A DNA stretch of 64,000 nucleotides, from positions 79,496 through 143,495 of the forward strand of contig CAYWOR010000001.1 of assembly GCA_964459995.1 (NCBI GenBank), read 5' to 3'. Below are positions 1 to 9,101 of this stretch, piece after piece (within the stretch, counting starts at the first letter, position 1; each line of letters opens with the position of its first letter). The DNA comes from an uncultured bacterium. GTDB taxonomy: Bacteria; UBP14; UBA6098. Under the pieces are notes generated by a model. That model was given only the letters and a program-made list of their open reading frames with translations. It ran no database searches and had not been told where the DNA came from. Both the position numbers and the translations under genes were made by a program.

Positions 1-1057
1 GGAAGATGTGTTTCCACTGGAGACTCGTGGTGAAATTGCCCCAGCGATACTCGAAATCGTCGTTGTATTCGTCCTCGTCATCGTCCTCGAAAGCGAGAAC
101 ATCGTCACCGGAATAGAAGCTTAGAGTTAGCCTATCGCGCGGGGAAAACTCCTGGTTGATGCGTGATTGGAAATCGTAGAAGCTGTATGGCAATTTTTCT
201 TCCATCATGTCGGCTGAGGCCATAAGACCTGTCGCGAGGTCAATCCATGTGCGCCTTCCGGCGGCCATAAAACTGCCATTGCCGACAGGGCCTTCGAGCA
301 GAAGCTGACCTGACATGGCGGAAAGTTCCGCGATTCCCTCGAATTCTTTGCGGTTGCCGTCTTTGTTTGTAATTTCGAGAACGCTTCCGAGACGTCCGCC
401 CCATTTTGCCGGATAGCCGCCCTTGACGAGGTTCGCCTCGCGGATAGCGTCGGCGATGAAACTGCTGGTTAGGCCGAAAAGGTGGGTTGGATTGTAAACC
501 TCGATGTTGTCGAGGAGCACCATATTACCGCTGGGTGTGGAGCCCCAGATATAGAGGCCGGAGGAGTAGTCGGATATCGACATGACGCCGGTCATCGTCT
601 GAAGGGTGCGGAACAAATCGGCTTCGAGGAAGCCCGGGGAGCGGAGAATGATGTCCTGTTTGACAATCGCGTGGCCGACATAGGGGTCTTCCATTCCGCC
701 GACGCGCTGGGCCTCGACCACGACCTCCTCGCCGACGATGGCTTTCTGTCTAATCTCGATATCGATGCGAATCGGCTCGCCGGTGCAAACGATTTCGCGC
801 GTAACAGTTTCGTAACCAATAGCGGAAATGCTAAGGGTGAATACCCCTTTTGGAACTCGGGGGATTGAGTAGAAGCCGTGAAGATTGGCCGCCGCGCCGT
901 ATGGTTCGCCGACGATTTTCAGATTCGCACCGGCTATGGCCTCGCCACTCGCGGCGTCCGAGATATAGCCGGAAATAACGCAATGGTCAGGTGTTTGAGC
1001 AATAGCGGCGAGGTTCAGCACCAGCAGAAGGAACGAAACGACACCGATTTTTTTCAT
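1..1057 (-). CDS. TonB-dependent receptor, N-terminal part (CarboxypepD_reg-like domain plus plug); gene runs off the window start
   Basis: Own translation of minus strand from ATG at 1057: MKKIGVVSFLLLVLNLAAIAQTPDHCVISGYISDAASGEAIAGANLKIVGEPYGAAANLHGFYSIPRVPKGVFTLSISAIGYETVTREIV... then plug-like SGLYIWGSTPSGNMVLLDNIEVYNPTH. Open to position 1; absent from ORF track because it has no stop in window. Confidence 0.8.
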   Translation of the reverse strand, partial: MKKIGVVSFLLLVLNLAAIAQTPDHCVISGYISDAASGEAIAGANLKIVGEPYGAAANLHGFYSIPRVPKGVFTLSISAIGYETVTREIVCTGEPIRIDIEIRQKAIVGEEVVVEAQRVGGMEDPYVGHAIVKQDIILRSPGFLEADLFRTLQTMTGVMSISDYSSGLYIWGSTPSGNMVLLDNIEVYNPTHLFGLTSSFIADAIREANLVKGGYPAKWGGRLGSVLEITNKDGNRKEFEGIAELSAMSGQLLLEGPVGNGSFMAAGRRTWIDLATGLMASADMMEEKLPYSFYDFQSRINQEFSPRDRLTLSFYSGDDVLAFEDDDEDEYNDDFEYRWGNFTTSLQWKHIF

Positions 1058-1058
1058 G

Positions 1059-2357
1059 TTACTCCCTTTTGGGGGCGGTTTGCGGCTCCTGATTCAGCAT
1101 CGCGACGAGAAGACGCTCGAAATTCGCCATTACCGACTTCGAAAAACCGGCAAAGGATTCCACAACAAGCCCCTGCGGCGAGATTATTACTGTCTGCGGA
1201 GTTGCGCCGCCGTAATAGGGGTCGAGCTGTTTTTCGCCCTTTTCGTCCGGAAGGATGACAGGGTATTTCAAATGTTTGTCTTTGATATATTCGATGACAG
1301 AGTCGCGTTCGCCGATATTGACCGAGATACCCAACGCCGCGATTCCCTCGTGGTCTGTTACGAGGCGGGAAAGCCATTCCATTTCTTCCTCGCAATGGTC
1401 GCAATCGGTGGAGAAAAACTGGATAACCAAAGGCTTTCCTCGGAAATCGCTTAGTGAGATATTGTTACCGGTGCGGATATCTTGTGCTGTAATATCGGGC
1501 GCGGGTTTGTTGAGAAGTTTTGCTCGCTGTTCTGCCCATTTTTGTTGAAGATCGGCCAACATTGCCTGACGGACATATTCCTGCGGCTTTTGCAGGAATG
1601 AGTTGATTGTGTCGGAGATAGCTTTATAGACAACATCCTCGGGCATTCCTTCGAGAATTCTTCCGATGGGCAGATGGAAAAAGCCGTCCACAAGCATTAT
1701 GCTTGCGTCGGTGCCGCCTGCGGGGTTAGGTCTAATCTCTCCGAAAACGCCATAACGAATGCCGAGTATTCGATTGTATTTCCGTGCGACATCCTGAATG
1801 GCCTGTTTGCCGTATTTCGGGTCGGTTTGAATCGCGTTGGCGTAATCGTTTGGGTTGATTGGTTTAAATCCCGGGGGAAGATGCTCCACTAAATAGCGGA
1901 AAAGGTCGAGTGAATATTCGTTTCCGCCGGCAATACCGCGGTTTTGGAAGGGGACAATTGCAATCGTGGAATCGCCCTTTTCGAGCTTGGTCTCGATAAC
2001 TTCGGCTTTAATAGTCAGTTTGGTATTTTTTGGGTCGGCATTAGTGCGAAGCATCAAACTGCTAACATCCTCGCCGACCTTCTCCGGTGCGACATATTCG
2101 ACGAGAATGCTGTCTCGAAGACCTGGCGGGATTGTGTCCATCGCCTCTTCGACCGAGATGCAATCGCACAACGGACGAATATTTTCTATGATAAGCGGCG
2201 TTTTGCCGGTATTTTCGATGACGAACCAGACTTCGATTTTCTCTTTGGCGATAACCTTGCCGGCGTCGTGCTCTATAGGTGAAATGCTCATCTGTGGTGT
2301 GCCTGAGCAGGAAAGAACGAGCAATGCGATTGCGAATAGTAGCCCTGATTTTTTCAT
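1059..2357 (-). CDS. Lipoprotein with N-terminal DUF1573-like domain fused to C-terminal TlpA/ResA-like thioredoxin-fold thiol-disulfide oxidoreductase
   Basis: Start chosen at MKKSGLLFAIALLVLSCSG (lipobox-like signal; ATG 2357) because the longer ORF would overlap the upstream peptidase by 166 nt. DUF1573-type motif IRPLCDCISV; redoxin CxxC motif FFSTDCDHCEEE. Confidence 0.6.
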   Translation of the reverse strand: MKKSGLLFAIALLVLSCSGTPQMSISPIEHDAGKVIAKEKIEVWFVIENTGKTPLIIENIRPLCDCISVEEAMDTIPPGLRDSILVEYVAPEKVGEDVSSLMLRTNADPKNTKLTIKAEVIETKLEKGDSTIAIVPFQNRGIAGGNEYSLDLFRYLVEHLPPGFKPINPNDYANAIQTDPKYGKQAIQDVARKYNRILGIRYGVFGEIRPNPAGGTDASIMLVDGFFHLPIGRILEGMPEDVVYKAISDTINSFLQKPQEYVRQAMLADLQQKWAEQRAKLLNKPAPDITAQDIRTGNNISLSDFRGKPLVIQFFSTDCDHCEEEMEWLSRLVTDHEGIAALGISVNIGERDSVIEYIKDKHLKYPVILPDEKGEKQLDPYYGGATPQTVIISPQGLVVESFAGFSKSVMANFERLLVAMLNQEPQTAPKRE

Positions 2358-2359
2358 AA

Positions 2360-4156
2360 TTATTCTGTTATGTTGATGTTCCCCCCCGCGAAAACAAGCA
2401 CAAAAGCGCCTTCGCCGGGAGATAGAGTTTTTGATTGAATATAGTTTTGTTCGATTGAGTCCCATTTGTAGAGAACAACGTCCAAATCCGCTGTTGATGA
2501 GGTTTCGATAGCCGACAGGAAGCACTTTGGTCGGATTCCGCCGATGGTGTTCCAGCCGGTTCCGGCAGGTTTGGATATCGAGGTTAGCGGTGCACCGGAG
2601 ATTGAGAGCAGTCTTGCGCTTTCATAGAAAACGAAATAGGCCTCGCCACCCTCGATTGAAGAAACGGCCTCATATTCCGACAAAGAGGGATTCCATCGCC
2701 AAACCTCGCCGACACGTCCGGGAAAAGCCGAATCAATTGACAATGTCCCGACTACCGGAAGCGATATGAAGTTCCATCCTCTGAACACCGGAATTTCAGC
2801 GCCGCCGCCCACCGGATAGGATAGCGCCGCGCGAATATCGGGAACTCCCCAGCCGATATTGTTGTTCGGCGAGGTTCTGTTGCTTGCGGTCATCATCAGC
2901 GCTTCACGGACATCCATAGGCAAAAGGTAGGGTCTCGCCTGAAGCAGAATGGCGGCCAGCCCTGCCGCGATTGGTGTTGATGCGCTCGTGCCGAAACTTG
3001 AGCCGTATGAATTTGTTGTGCTCGATGTCGCAGACCATACACCTGCGCCCATAGCGCAGATTTCCGGCTTGATTCTGCCATCCGCGGTAGGCCCGCGCGA
3101 GGAGAAACCGGCAATGCTTCCGTCGGCGTTTACAGCTCCGACAGTGATAATCGAGTCGGCATCTCCGGGGGCGACGAGGGTGTTGTAACCCATCCCTCTG
3201 TTTCCTGCGGCGGCTGTTATAACAATACCGTTCTCGGCCATTCTATCTGCGGCGATTGAAATCGGGGCGATATCGCCGGTCATCGAATCGGCGGAATACC
3301 ACTCATAATAACCAAGGCTTAGGGTGATTATGTCCGCACCCAATGAATCGGCCCATTCCGCGGCGGCAATCCAATGATCCTCCTCGCCCGGGTATTCGAG
3401 ATCGTAATGCTCGGTTCGCGCCAGAAGAAAACTCGCCTCGTGCGCAATTCCGATAAGATTACCCGGCGAATTACCCGCGATAATCGACCAAACCTTTGTG
3501 CCGTGGGTTTCGGTGGCAAGCGGGTCCCCCGGCTCGATTGTAACCACAGAATCGTCATCGACAAAATCGTAATAACCGAGGATATCAGCATCGGCCATAG
3601 CCTCGTGGTCGAGCTTGAAACCGGTGTCGGTAACGCAGATTAAAACACCCTCGCCATGGAGACCCAAACGATGAGCGAAAGGCGAATTTACGGTGGAATT
3701 TTGGGCAAAGCTATTGCCGTAGTCGGCAATTTCGACCATCTCATAATGGCCGGAAGGCTCTGGTGTGTAAATGCGTTTTGCGAGTGGGGAGATTCTTTCG
3801 ACAAAGGGCAATTTTGCGATTTTTTCGAGGGCGTCCGCCTGCGCGGTAATGCTTACGGCGTTCAAAACGCGGCTTGCTACTCGAATCTCCGCGCCGGTGC
3901 GGCTTACCTCGGCAATGTATTCCTCGGATGGCGGTATATCGCGGAAATCTACGATATTGCCCTCGCCGCGCGCTTTGATTCTTCGGGTCATCGCGCGTTC
4001 GGACAGAGACTTTTCGGCTTCGCGAAGCGCGATAAATTCTTCAGTCGAGCCGTTCTCGAAACCCTTATCGGCGAACCATACCCAGTAGTTTTCGGCGAAA
4101 CATGCCGTTGTAAAAAGTATCAAGACAATGAAAACGATTCTTTTCATAAGCATCAC
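2360..4156 (-). CDS. S8 family (subtilisin-like) serine peptidase, secreted
   Basis: Signal peptide MKRIVFIVLILFTTACFA; catalytic triad motifs VTDTG (Asp), HGTKV (His), GTSASTP (Ser); ~150 aa C-terminal extension. Confidence 0.8.
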   Translation of the reverse strand: MMLMKRIVFIVLILFTTACFAENYWVWFADKGFENGSTEEFIALREAEKSLSERAMTRRIKARGEGNIVDFRDIPPSEEYIAEVSRTGAEIRVASRVLNAVSITAQADALEKIAKLPFVERISPLAKRIYTPEPSGHYEMVEIADYGNSFAQNSTVNSPFAHRLGLHGEGVLICVTDTGFKLDHEAMADADILGYYDFVDDDSVVTIEPGDPLATETHGTKVWSIIAGNSPGNLIGIAHEASFLLARTEHYDLEYPGEEDHWIAAAEWADSLGADIITLSLGYYEWYSADSMTGDIAPISIAADRMAENGIVITAAAGNRGMGYNTLVAPGDADSIITVGAVNADGSIAGFSSRGPTADGRIKPEICAMGAGVWSATSSTTNSYGSSFGTSASTPIAAGLAAILLQARPYLLPMDVREALMMTASNRTSPNNNIGWGVPDIRAALSYPVGGGAEIPVFRGWNFISLPVVGTLSIDSAFPGRVGEVWRWNPSLSEYEAVSSIEGGEAYFVFYESARLLSISGAPLTSISKPAGTGWNTIGGIRPKCFLSAIETSSTADLDVVLYKWDSIEQNYIQSKTLSPGEGAFVLVFAGGNINITE

Positions 4157-4192
4157 GATGATGAATCTCCAGGGACGGGTTTACCGAAAATG

Positions 4193-5452
4193 TTACTCCG
4201 GTTTCGGGTTATCGTTTTCCGGTTCCTTTTGAATCAAGATAGGCGCTTGGATTATTTTCGAGTTGAAAAAAACAATCTCTCTGTTGTCATCGGTTACAAT
4301 CCTCGTCCACACAATGCCTATCATATCGACTTTGCCTTCGATTTCGTCGATTCGAATTTTATCGCCGATCTTGATTTTGCGTGCGAGCAACATCGCCAAC
4401 CCCGCGAAAATTCCCGAGATGTATGGCAGAGCCGATATTCCGATGAAAACCCCTGCCAAAAGGAAAAGCCCGAAAGCGAGATATTCCCCCGGTCCCGGAA
4501 TAACCGCAACAAGTGCGATTACGAAGGACATTACGATAAGAGCCTTGAAAAGCCTTTTCAGGGGGGATATTGCGGCGTCGGGAATTCGTGTCGAGTTTGG
4601 GTTTTCCTCATAATGGCGAAAAATCATATCCACAATCGCCCATAGAATTCTTGCGGCGAGATAGAGGAAGAATCCGGCCACTGCGAATTTGAGAAGGTCG
4701 AAAAGTATGCCGACCAGCTTTTTCAGCCAATCGAGGCTTGTCGAAAGCAACATTTGCGAATACTGCTGTGTCGCAGGGAATAGTGTGAAGAAAACGTATA
4801 TCATCGCATACATCGCAAATGCGATAATGACCCATTTGAGTATCAGCAGGAATTTAAGAATGATGCTTACCTCGAGGCGCGCGGGGATTATCACCATTTT
4901 GCCGATGCTGATTCCGCGAAAACTCACGCCTTCGCGCTGAACCACCGATTTGGAGGTTTTGCGGAATAGCTTGTCGATGAGATAATACAAAATCAGCACG
5001 AGGAAGGGAAAAAGCACTCCCAGCGCGAGTTTGGCGAGGTTGTCGAAGCTAAGGGAGCGCTGACGTTCCGTGGAAATGCCCTTGCGGATTTCCCAATACC
5101 AGTGGTTAGCGAGTGTTGACAGGTCTTTTCCGGTGCCTGCAGTGTCCGCCGGAAGAACATCAATAACCTTAAGGGTTCTGCCGGATTTGCCGTTGAGTTT
5201 GCCGTGATAGACGATTGAAAAGATGCTGTCTTTTTGTTCAATGCGGAGTGAGTCCAGCTCGCCGTCGCGGTCGGTCATAATGTCCGCAATGGCGCGAGAG
5301 GCGATAGATGCCCTTTGTGTGGGCGAAAGGTTACCTTCGGGGCTGTTCAGGCAGAAGAGGACTGTCTGTCCGATTCGAACGCATGAATCGGATTCCGCTC
5401 CGAAAGCGGTTATTACTGCTATTAAAACTAAGACGAAAATTCTAATTCTCAT
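4193..5452 (-). CDS. MscS-family mechanosensitive ion channel
   Basis: N-terminal signal, multiple TM helices, C-terminal MscS-like GDKIRIDEIEGKVDMIGIVWTRIVTDDNREIVFFNSKII. Confidence 0.7.
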   Translation of the reverse strand: MRIRIFVLVLIAVITAFGAESDSCVRIGQTVLFCLNSPEGNLSPTQRASIASRAIADIMTDRDGELDSLRIEQKDSIFSIVYHGKLNGKSGRTLKVIDVLPADTAGTGKDLSTLANHWYWEIRKGISTERQRSLSFDNLAKLALGVLFPFLVLILYYLIDKLFRKTSKSVVQREGVSFRGISIGKMVIIPARLEVSIILKFLLILKWVIIAFAMYAMIYVFFTLFPATQQYSQMLLSTSLDWLKKLVGILFDLLKFAVAGFFLYLAARILWAIVDMIFRHYEENPNSTRIPDAAISPLKRLFKALIVMSFVIALVAVIPGPGEYLAFGLFLLAGVFIGISALPYISGIFAGLAMLLARKIKIGDKIRIDEIEGKVDMIGIVWTRIVTDDNREIVFFNSKIIQAPILIQKEPENDNPKPE

Positions 5453-5595
5453 TAATACTCCTCGAATAATTATAAAAAATAGGCCTTCACAAGGCCGATG
5501 TCAATCTATAATATTGAACCGAATGTTTCATCGGAGAGTCGCGGACACAATTTAATCTCTTGACCGTCAAGGTTCTATCTATATTTTACAAGGTT

Positions 5596-7152
5596 ATGTT
5601 AGTCGATTCGCATGCACATATCGATTTTCCGCATTTCGCCACAGACCGCGCCGAAATGATTGACCGGGCATGGGAAAGCGGTGTCCGCACGATAATAATC
5701 CCCGGCGTGGAACGCGAAAGCAATCTGCGTAGCGTGGAGATTGCGGAAAAATATCCCCATGTTTGGTTCTCCACCGGATGGCATCCCCACGACGCCGACA
5801 AACTGGACATGAGCCTTTTGTCGAGGCTCGCGGGGCATCCGAAATGTGTGGCGGTCGGCGAAATCGGTCTCGATTATTACCGCGACCTTTCCCCTCGGGA
5901 TGTTCAGGAGAAGGCTTTCCGAAAGCAAATCGAGTTTGCCGTGCATAAAAACATGCCGGTGATAATTCATATTCGGGACGCTTGGGAGGATGCGATACGC
6001 ATTCTCGGCGATTACGACTGTCTTCGCGGGGTTTTCCACGCCTTCTCGGGTGCGGAAACCGAGCTTGAGTGGGCGAAGGCGCATGGTTATTATATCGGGT
6101 TGGGCGGGCCGGTTACTTTCGACAATTTCAAAAAAGGCGATGTTGTCGCGAAAATGCCGCCGGAACATATTCTGACTGAAACCGACTGCCCCTATCTTGC
6201 GCCGCAGTCATGCAGGGGCAAGCGTAATGACCCCGCCCATATTCGTGAAATTCTCGCGAAATGCGCAGAGTTTATGAAAATCGACGAGAAAAAACTCGAA
6301 GCGCAGGTCGAAAGAAATGTCGTCGAGCTTTTTAGAATCCCTCTGCCGCAATATTCGAATCATCCTGAGGCCGCAAAAAAGTCCTTCTCTCAAAACTTCC
6401 TTACCGATAAAAACATGGCGCGTAAAATCTCGGAAACAGCGGGCGTCGCCGATGTTTGTGTCGAGATTGGCGCGGGAAACGGCGAATTGACCCGCTTTCT
6501 GAAGGAGAATTTCACCCGAATTTATGCTATCGAACCGGACTGGGATAGAATCGAGAATCTTTTTCGCGAGGTTCCCGATGCTGTGATAATCCCCAAAAAG
6601 TTGCAAGAAGTAGATTTGCGGGGCATTGAAATTTTTGAGGGGAGAAAAGTAGCGGTGGTTGGCAATCTTCCCTATGGCGAGACATCCCCGATTCTTTTCG
6701 ATTTGCTCGATAATCGGACTGCTATCCTTCGAATGACCGTAATGACTCAAAAAGAATTCGCGCAGAGGCTTTGTGCGAACCCTGGGTCGAAGGATTATGG
6801 CATACCTTCGGTGCTTTTTTCCGCCTTTTTTTCGATTATCGAGGAATTCGATATTCCGCGCAGATGTTTCAAACCTTCGCCGGATGTCGAATCGACCCTT
6901 TTGACATTAACAGGGCTCGAAAAGCCATTTATCGAGGATTATGAATTCGATGCATTTAAAAAGGTTGTGAAATCGGCCTTTGCACATCGGAGGAAAACAA
7001 TCGCAAACTCTCTTCAGCACGAACTTTCCGGCGTTGATGTAAAATTGCTTCTCGAAAAGGCTGGAATCGAGCCGTCTTCCCGCGCGGAGCAGATTCCGGT
7101 GGAAACATTCGCGAGGTTGACGCGAGCTTATATAGAAGGCGGCAAAGCCTGA
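5596..7152 (+). CDS. Fusion protein: TatD-family metal-dependent hydrolase (N-terminal) plus 16S rRNA dimethyladenosine transferase RsmA/KsgA (C-terminal)
   Basis: N-terminal MLVDSHAHIDF and GEIGLDYY TatD motifs; C-terminal KKSFSQNFLTD, VEIGAGNGELT (SAM binding), GNLPYGETSPI (NLPY catalytic motif) in one uninterrupted frame. ATG 5596 preferred over TTG 5560. Confidence 0.75.
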   Translation: MLVDSHAHIDFPHFATDRAEMIDRAWESGVRTIIIPGVERESNLRSVEIAEKYPHVWFSTGWHPHDADKLDMSLLSRLAGHPKCVAVGEIGLDYYRDLSPRDVQEKAFRKQIEFAVHKNMPVIIHIRDAWEDAIRILGDYDCLRGVFHAFSGAETELEWAKAHGYYIGLGGPVTFDNFKKGDVVAKMPPEHILTETDCPYLAPQSCRGKRNDPAHIREILAKCAEFMKIDEKKLEAQVERNVVELFRIPLPQYSNHPEAAKKSFSQNFLTDKNMARKISETAGVADVCVEIGAGNGELTRFLKENFTRIYAIEPDWDRIENLFREVPDAVIIPKKLQEVDLRGIEIFEGRKVAVVGNLPYGETSPILFDLLDNRTAILRMTVMTQKEFAQRLCANPGSKDYGIPSVLFSAFFSIIEEFDIPRRCFKPSPDVESTLLTLTGLEKPFIEDYEFDAFKKVVKSAFAHRRKTIANSLQHELSGVDVKLLLEKAGIEPSSRAEQIPVETFARLTRAYIEGGKA

Positions 7153-8354
7153 TGGAAATCATTATCGCCCTTGTAATTCCGATATTTTTAATATGGTGGA
7201 TTCTCGAATATCGCCGCCACAAGGTCAATGTCGAGAGAGTGCCTATTCGGATTCATGTCAACGGCACACGCGGGAAATCCTCAGTAACGCGGCTTATTGC
7301 GGGTGCGTTGCGGGAGGCCGGTATTAAAACTGTCGCGAAAACCACAGGAACTCTTCCGCAGTTTATTTTCGAAGACGGCACCGAGGAACCAATTGTCCGT
7401 CTCGGCCCGCCGAATATTCAGGAGCAGGTGGGGATTATACGCCGTGCCGCTAATATGGGTGTCGATGCGATCGTGCTCGAGTGTATGGCGCTTCAGCCCG
7501 ATTATCAGGAGCTTTCCGAGCGGAAGATTGTCAGAAGCACGATTGGAGTAATCACCAATGCCCGCCCCGACCATCTGGAGGTTATGGGTCCGACCGAGCT
7601 GGATGTCGCGGATGCGCTTTCTGGAACGATTCCGCCCGGAGGCATATGCTTTACCGCCGAGCGCACAAGATTCGACCGATTGCGCAAGAACGCCGAGGAA
7701 TTGAGTGCCCGAATCGTTCAATCCGACCCCGCGATTGTAACAGCTGAGGAAATGGCGGGTTTTAGCTATGTCGAGCATCGCGAAAATGTCGCGTTGGTTC
7801 TCGAGATAACAAAGCATCTCGAAATTCCCCGTGATGTTGCTTTGAGAGGTATGTATAAGGCCGCGCCCGATTTGGGTGCGCTTTTCGTGTATGAGATAGA
7901 TTTTTTCGGCAAAAGACCGGTTTTCTATAATGGTTTCGCGGCAAACGACCCGGAATCGACCTCGGCTTTATGGGGACTTCTCGGTCTCGACCCGGATAAG
8001 AACAATCCGGTTATCGTTCTCGCGAACAATCGTGCGGACAGGTCGAGCCGGACTGTTCAGCTGGCGTCGATGTTGGTAAATCAGGTCAAGGCTGATTATA
8101 TCGTTCTCGTCGGCACAAACACGAAGCTTCTTTGGGAGGAACTTGGCCGAATGGGTATGGAGATGGCCATGGTTGTGGATATGGGCGAAGAAGAGGTGGA
8201 GGATATTTTCGAGAAGTGTATGGAACTCACCCCTGGCCGAAGCAGAATAATCGGTGTCGGGAATATCGGCGGTATAGGACGTGAGCTTGTTTATTATTTC
8301 GAAGCGCGCGCCCTTCCGAAACTCCGTCACGACGACTCAGCGGACGGGGTTTGA
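7152..8354 (+). CDS. pgsB: Poly-gamma-glutamate synthase PgsB/CapB (Mur-ligase-like amide ligase)
   Basis: N-terminal TM helix then NGTRGKSSVTRL, GPPNIQEQ, ECMALQPDYQ, IGVITNARPDHLEVMGPT, NGFAANDPEST, NNRADRSSRTVQ, GVGNIGG: matches the PgsB/CapB pattern as I recall it. Start overlaps tatD-rsmA stop by 1 nt. Confidence 0.8.
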   Translation: MEIIIALVIPIFLIWWILEYRRHKVNVERVPIRIHVNGTRGKSSVTRLIAGALREAGIKTVAKTTGTLPQFIFEDGTEEPIVRLGPPNIQEQVGIIRRAANMGVDAIVLECMALQPDYQELSERKIVRSTIGVITNARPDHLEVMGPTELDVADALSGTIPPGGICFTAERTRFDRLRKNAEELSARIVQSDPAIVTAEEMAGFSYVEHRENVALVLEITKHLEIPRDVALRGMYKAAPDLGALFVYEIDFFGKRPVFYNGFAANDPESTSALWGLLGLDPDKNNPVIVLANNRADRSSRTVQLASMLVNQVKADYIVLVGTNTKLLWEELGRMGMEMAMVVDMGEEEVEDIFEKCMELTPGRSRIIGVGNIGGIGRELVYYFEARALPKLRHDDSADGV

Positions 8355-8633
8355 AGAGATGAAATTCTTGTTTTTGGATGAATCGGACGACATGGGAATA
8401 TGTCGGACAGTTGTGTTATTTTTCGTAAGGTAGATAGAGATGAGCAAGAGTCGATTCGCGGGTTCCAAGAAAAATTTTAGGAACAGACTCCTTGCGGGGG
8501 CTGACGGTTCTAGGCCAGCTGGGCGAGCTATATACCTCGTTTTCAAGGCGAGAGATTGTCTTCGCTTTTAAGTTAATTATATTAGTAAAGTGATTATGTC
8601 AATAGTAAAAATATTGATCTGTAAGGATAAACT

Positions 8634-9101
8634 ATGCTTTGGTTATCTGTTGGAATTGGATTAGCGCTCTCGCTGGTTTTCGCGGAGTGGTTCGGGCTGG
8701 CGGCGGGAGGGCTGGTGGTGCCGGGGTATATCGCCCTATTCTGGAACGACCCTATGAAGATTGTCGGCACGATTACAATCGCTATGGCGGCATTCGGCAC
8801 GGTGAAGGTCGCAAGCTCATACACGATACTCTACGGACGGAGAAAGCTCGTTCTTACTGTGCTCGTGGCCTTTGTTTATGCATGGATTTTCCGCTTCATA
8901 ATGGGTGCAGGGGCGGTTGGAGCGCTCGGTTCTTTCGACCCTATCGGGTTTATTATTCCCGGCCTTCTCGGTTATTGGATGGATAGGCAGGGTATTCTCG
9001 AAACGCTTTCCACGATGGTAATCGCCAGTGTTATTGTCCGTTTGATTCTTATTATGGTGAATGGAGGTGACCTCCTTGAAGTGGCGCTCCCGACGAGTTA
9101 G
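8634..9101 (+). CDS. pgsC: Poly-gamma-glutamate biosynthesis membrane protein PgsC/CapC
   Basis: 155 aa polytopic membrane protein; FAEWFGLAAGGLVVPGY, ILYGRRK, GFIIPGL match recalled PgsC signatures. Confidence 0.8.
   Translation: MLWLSVGIGLALSLVFAEWFGLAAGGLVVPGYIALFWNDPMKIVGTITIAMAAFGTVKVASSYTILYGRRKLVLTVLVAFVYAWIFRFIMGAGAVGALGSFDPIGFIIPGLLGYWMDRQGILETLSTMVIASVIVRLILIMVNGGDLLEVALPTS

Noticed and set aside
3656-4645. 329-aa ORF on the plus strand
   Set aside because: Lies antisense across the S8 peptidase and MscS genes, which have clear motifs; no recognisable motifs of its own; shadow ORF.
5599-6750. Two minus-strand ORFs (189 and 180 aa)
   Set aside because: Both lie antisense within the tatD-rsmA fusion gene, which has strong motifs; shadow ORFs.
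8445-8519. 24-codon ORF (MSKSRFAGSKKNFRNRLLAGADGS) in the pgsB-pgsC spacer
   Set aside because: Too short, no RBS or motif; cannot be supported from sequence alone.
8506-8520. tmRNA-like 5' motif (GGGGCTGA) in the pgsB-pgsC spacer
   Set aside because: No tRNA-like 3' domain (GGTTCGA...CCACCA-type acceptor/T-arm) follows and the spacer is far too short for a tmRNA.
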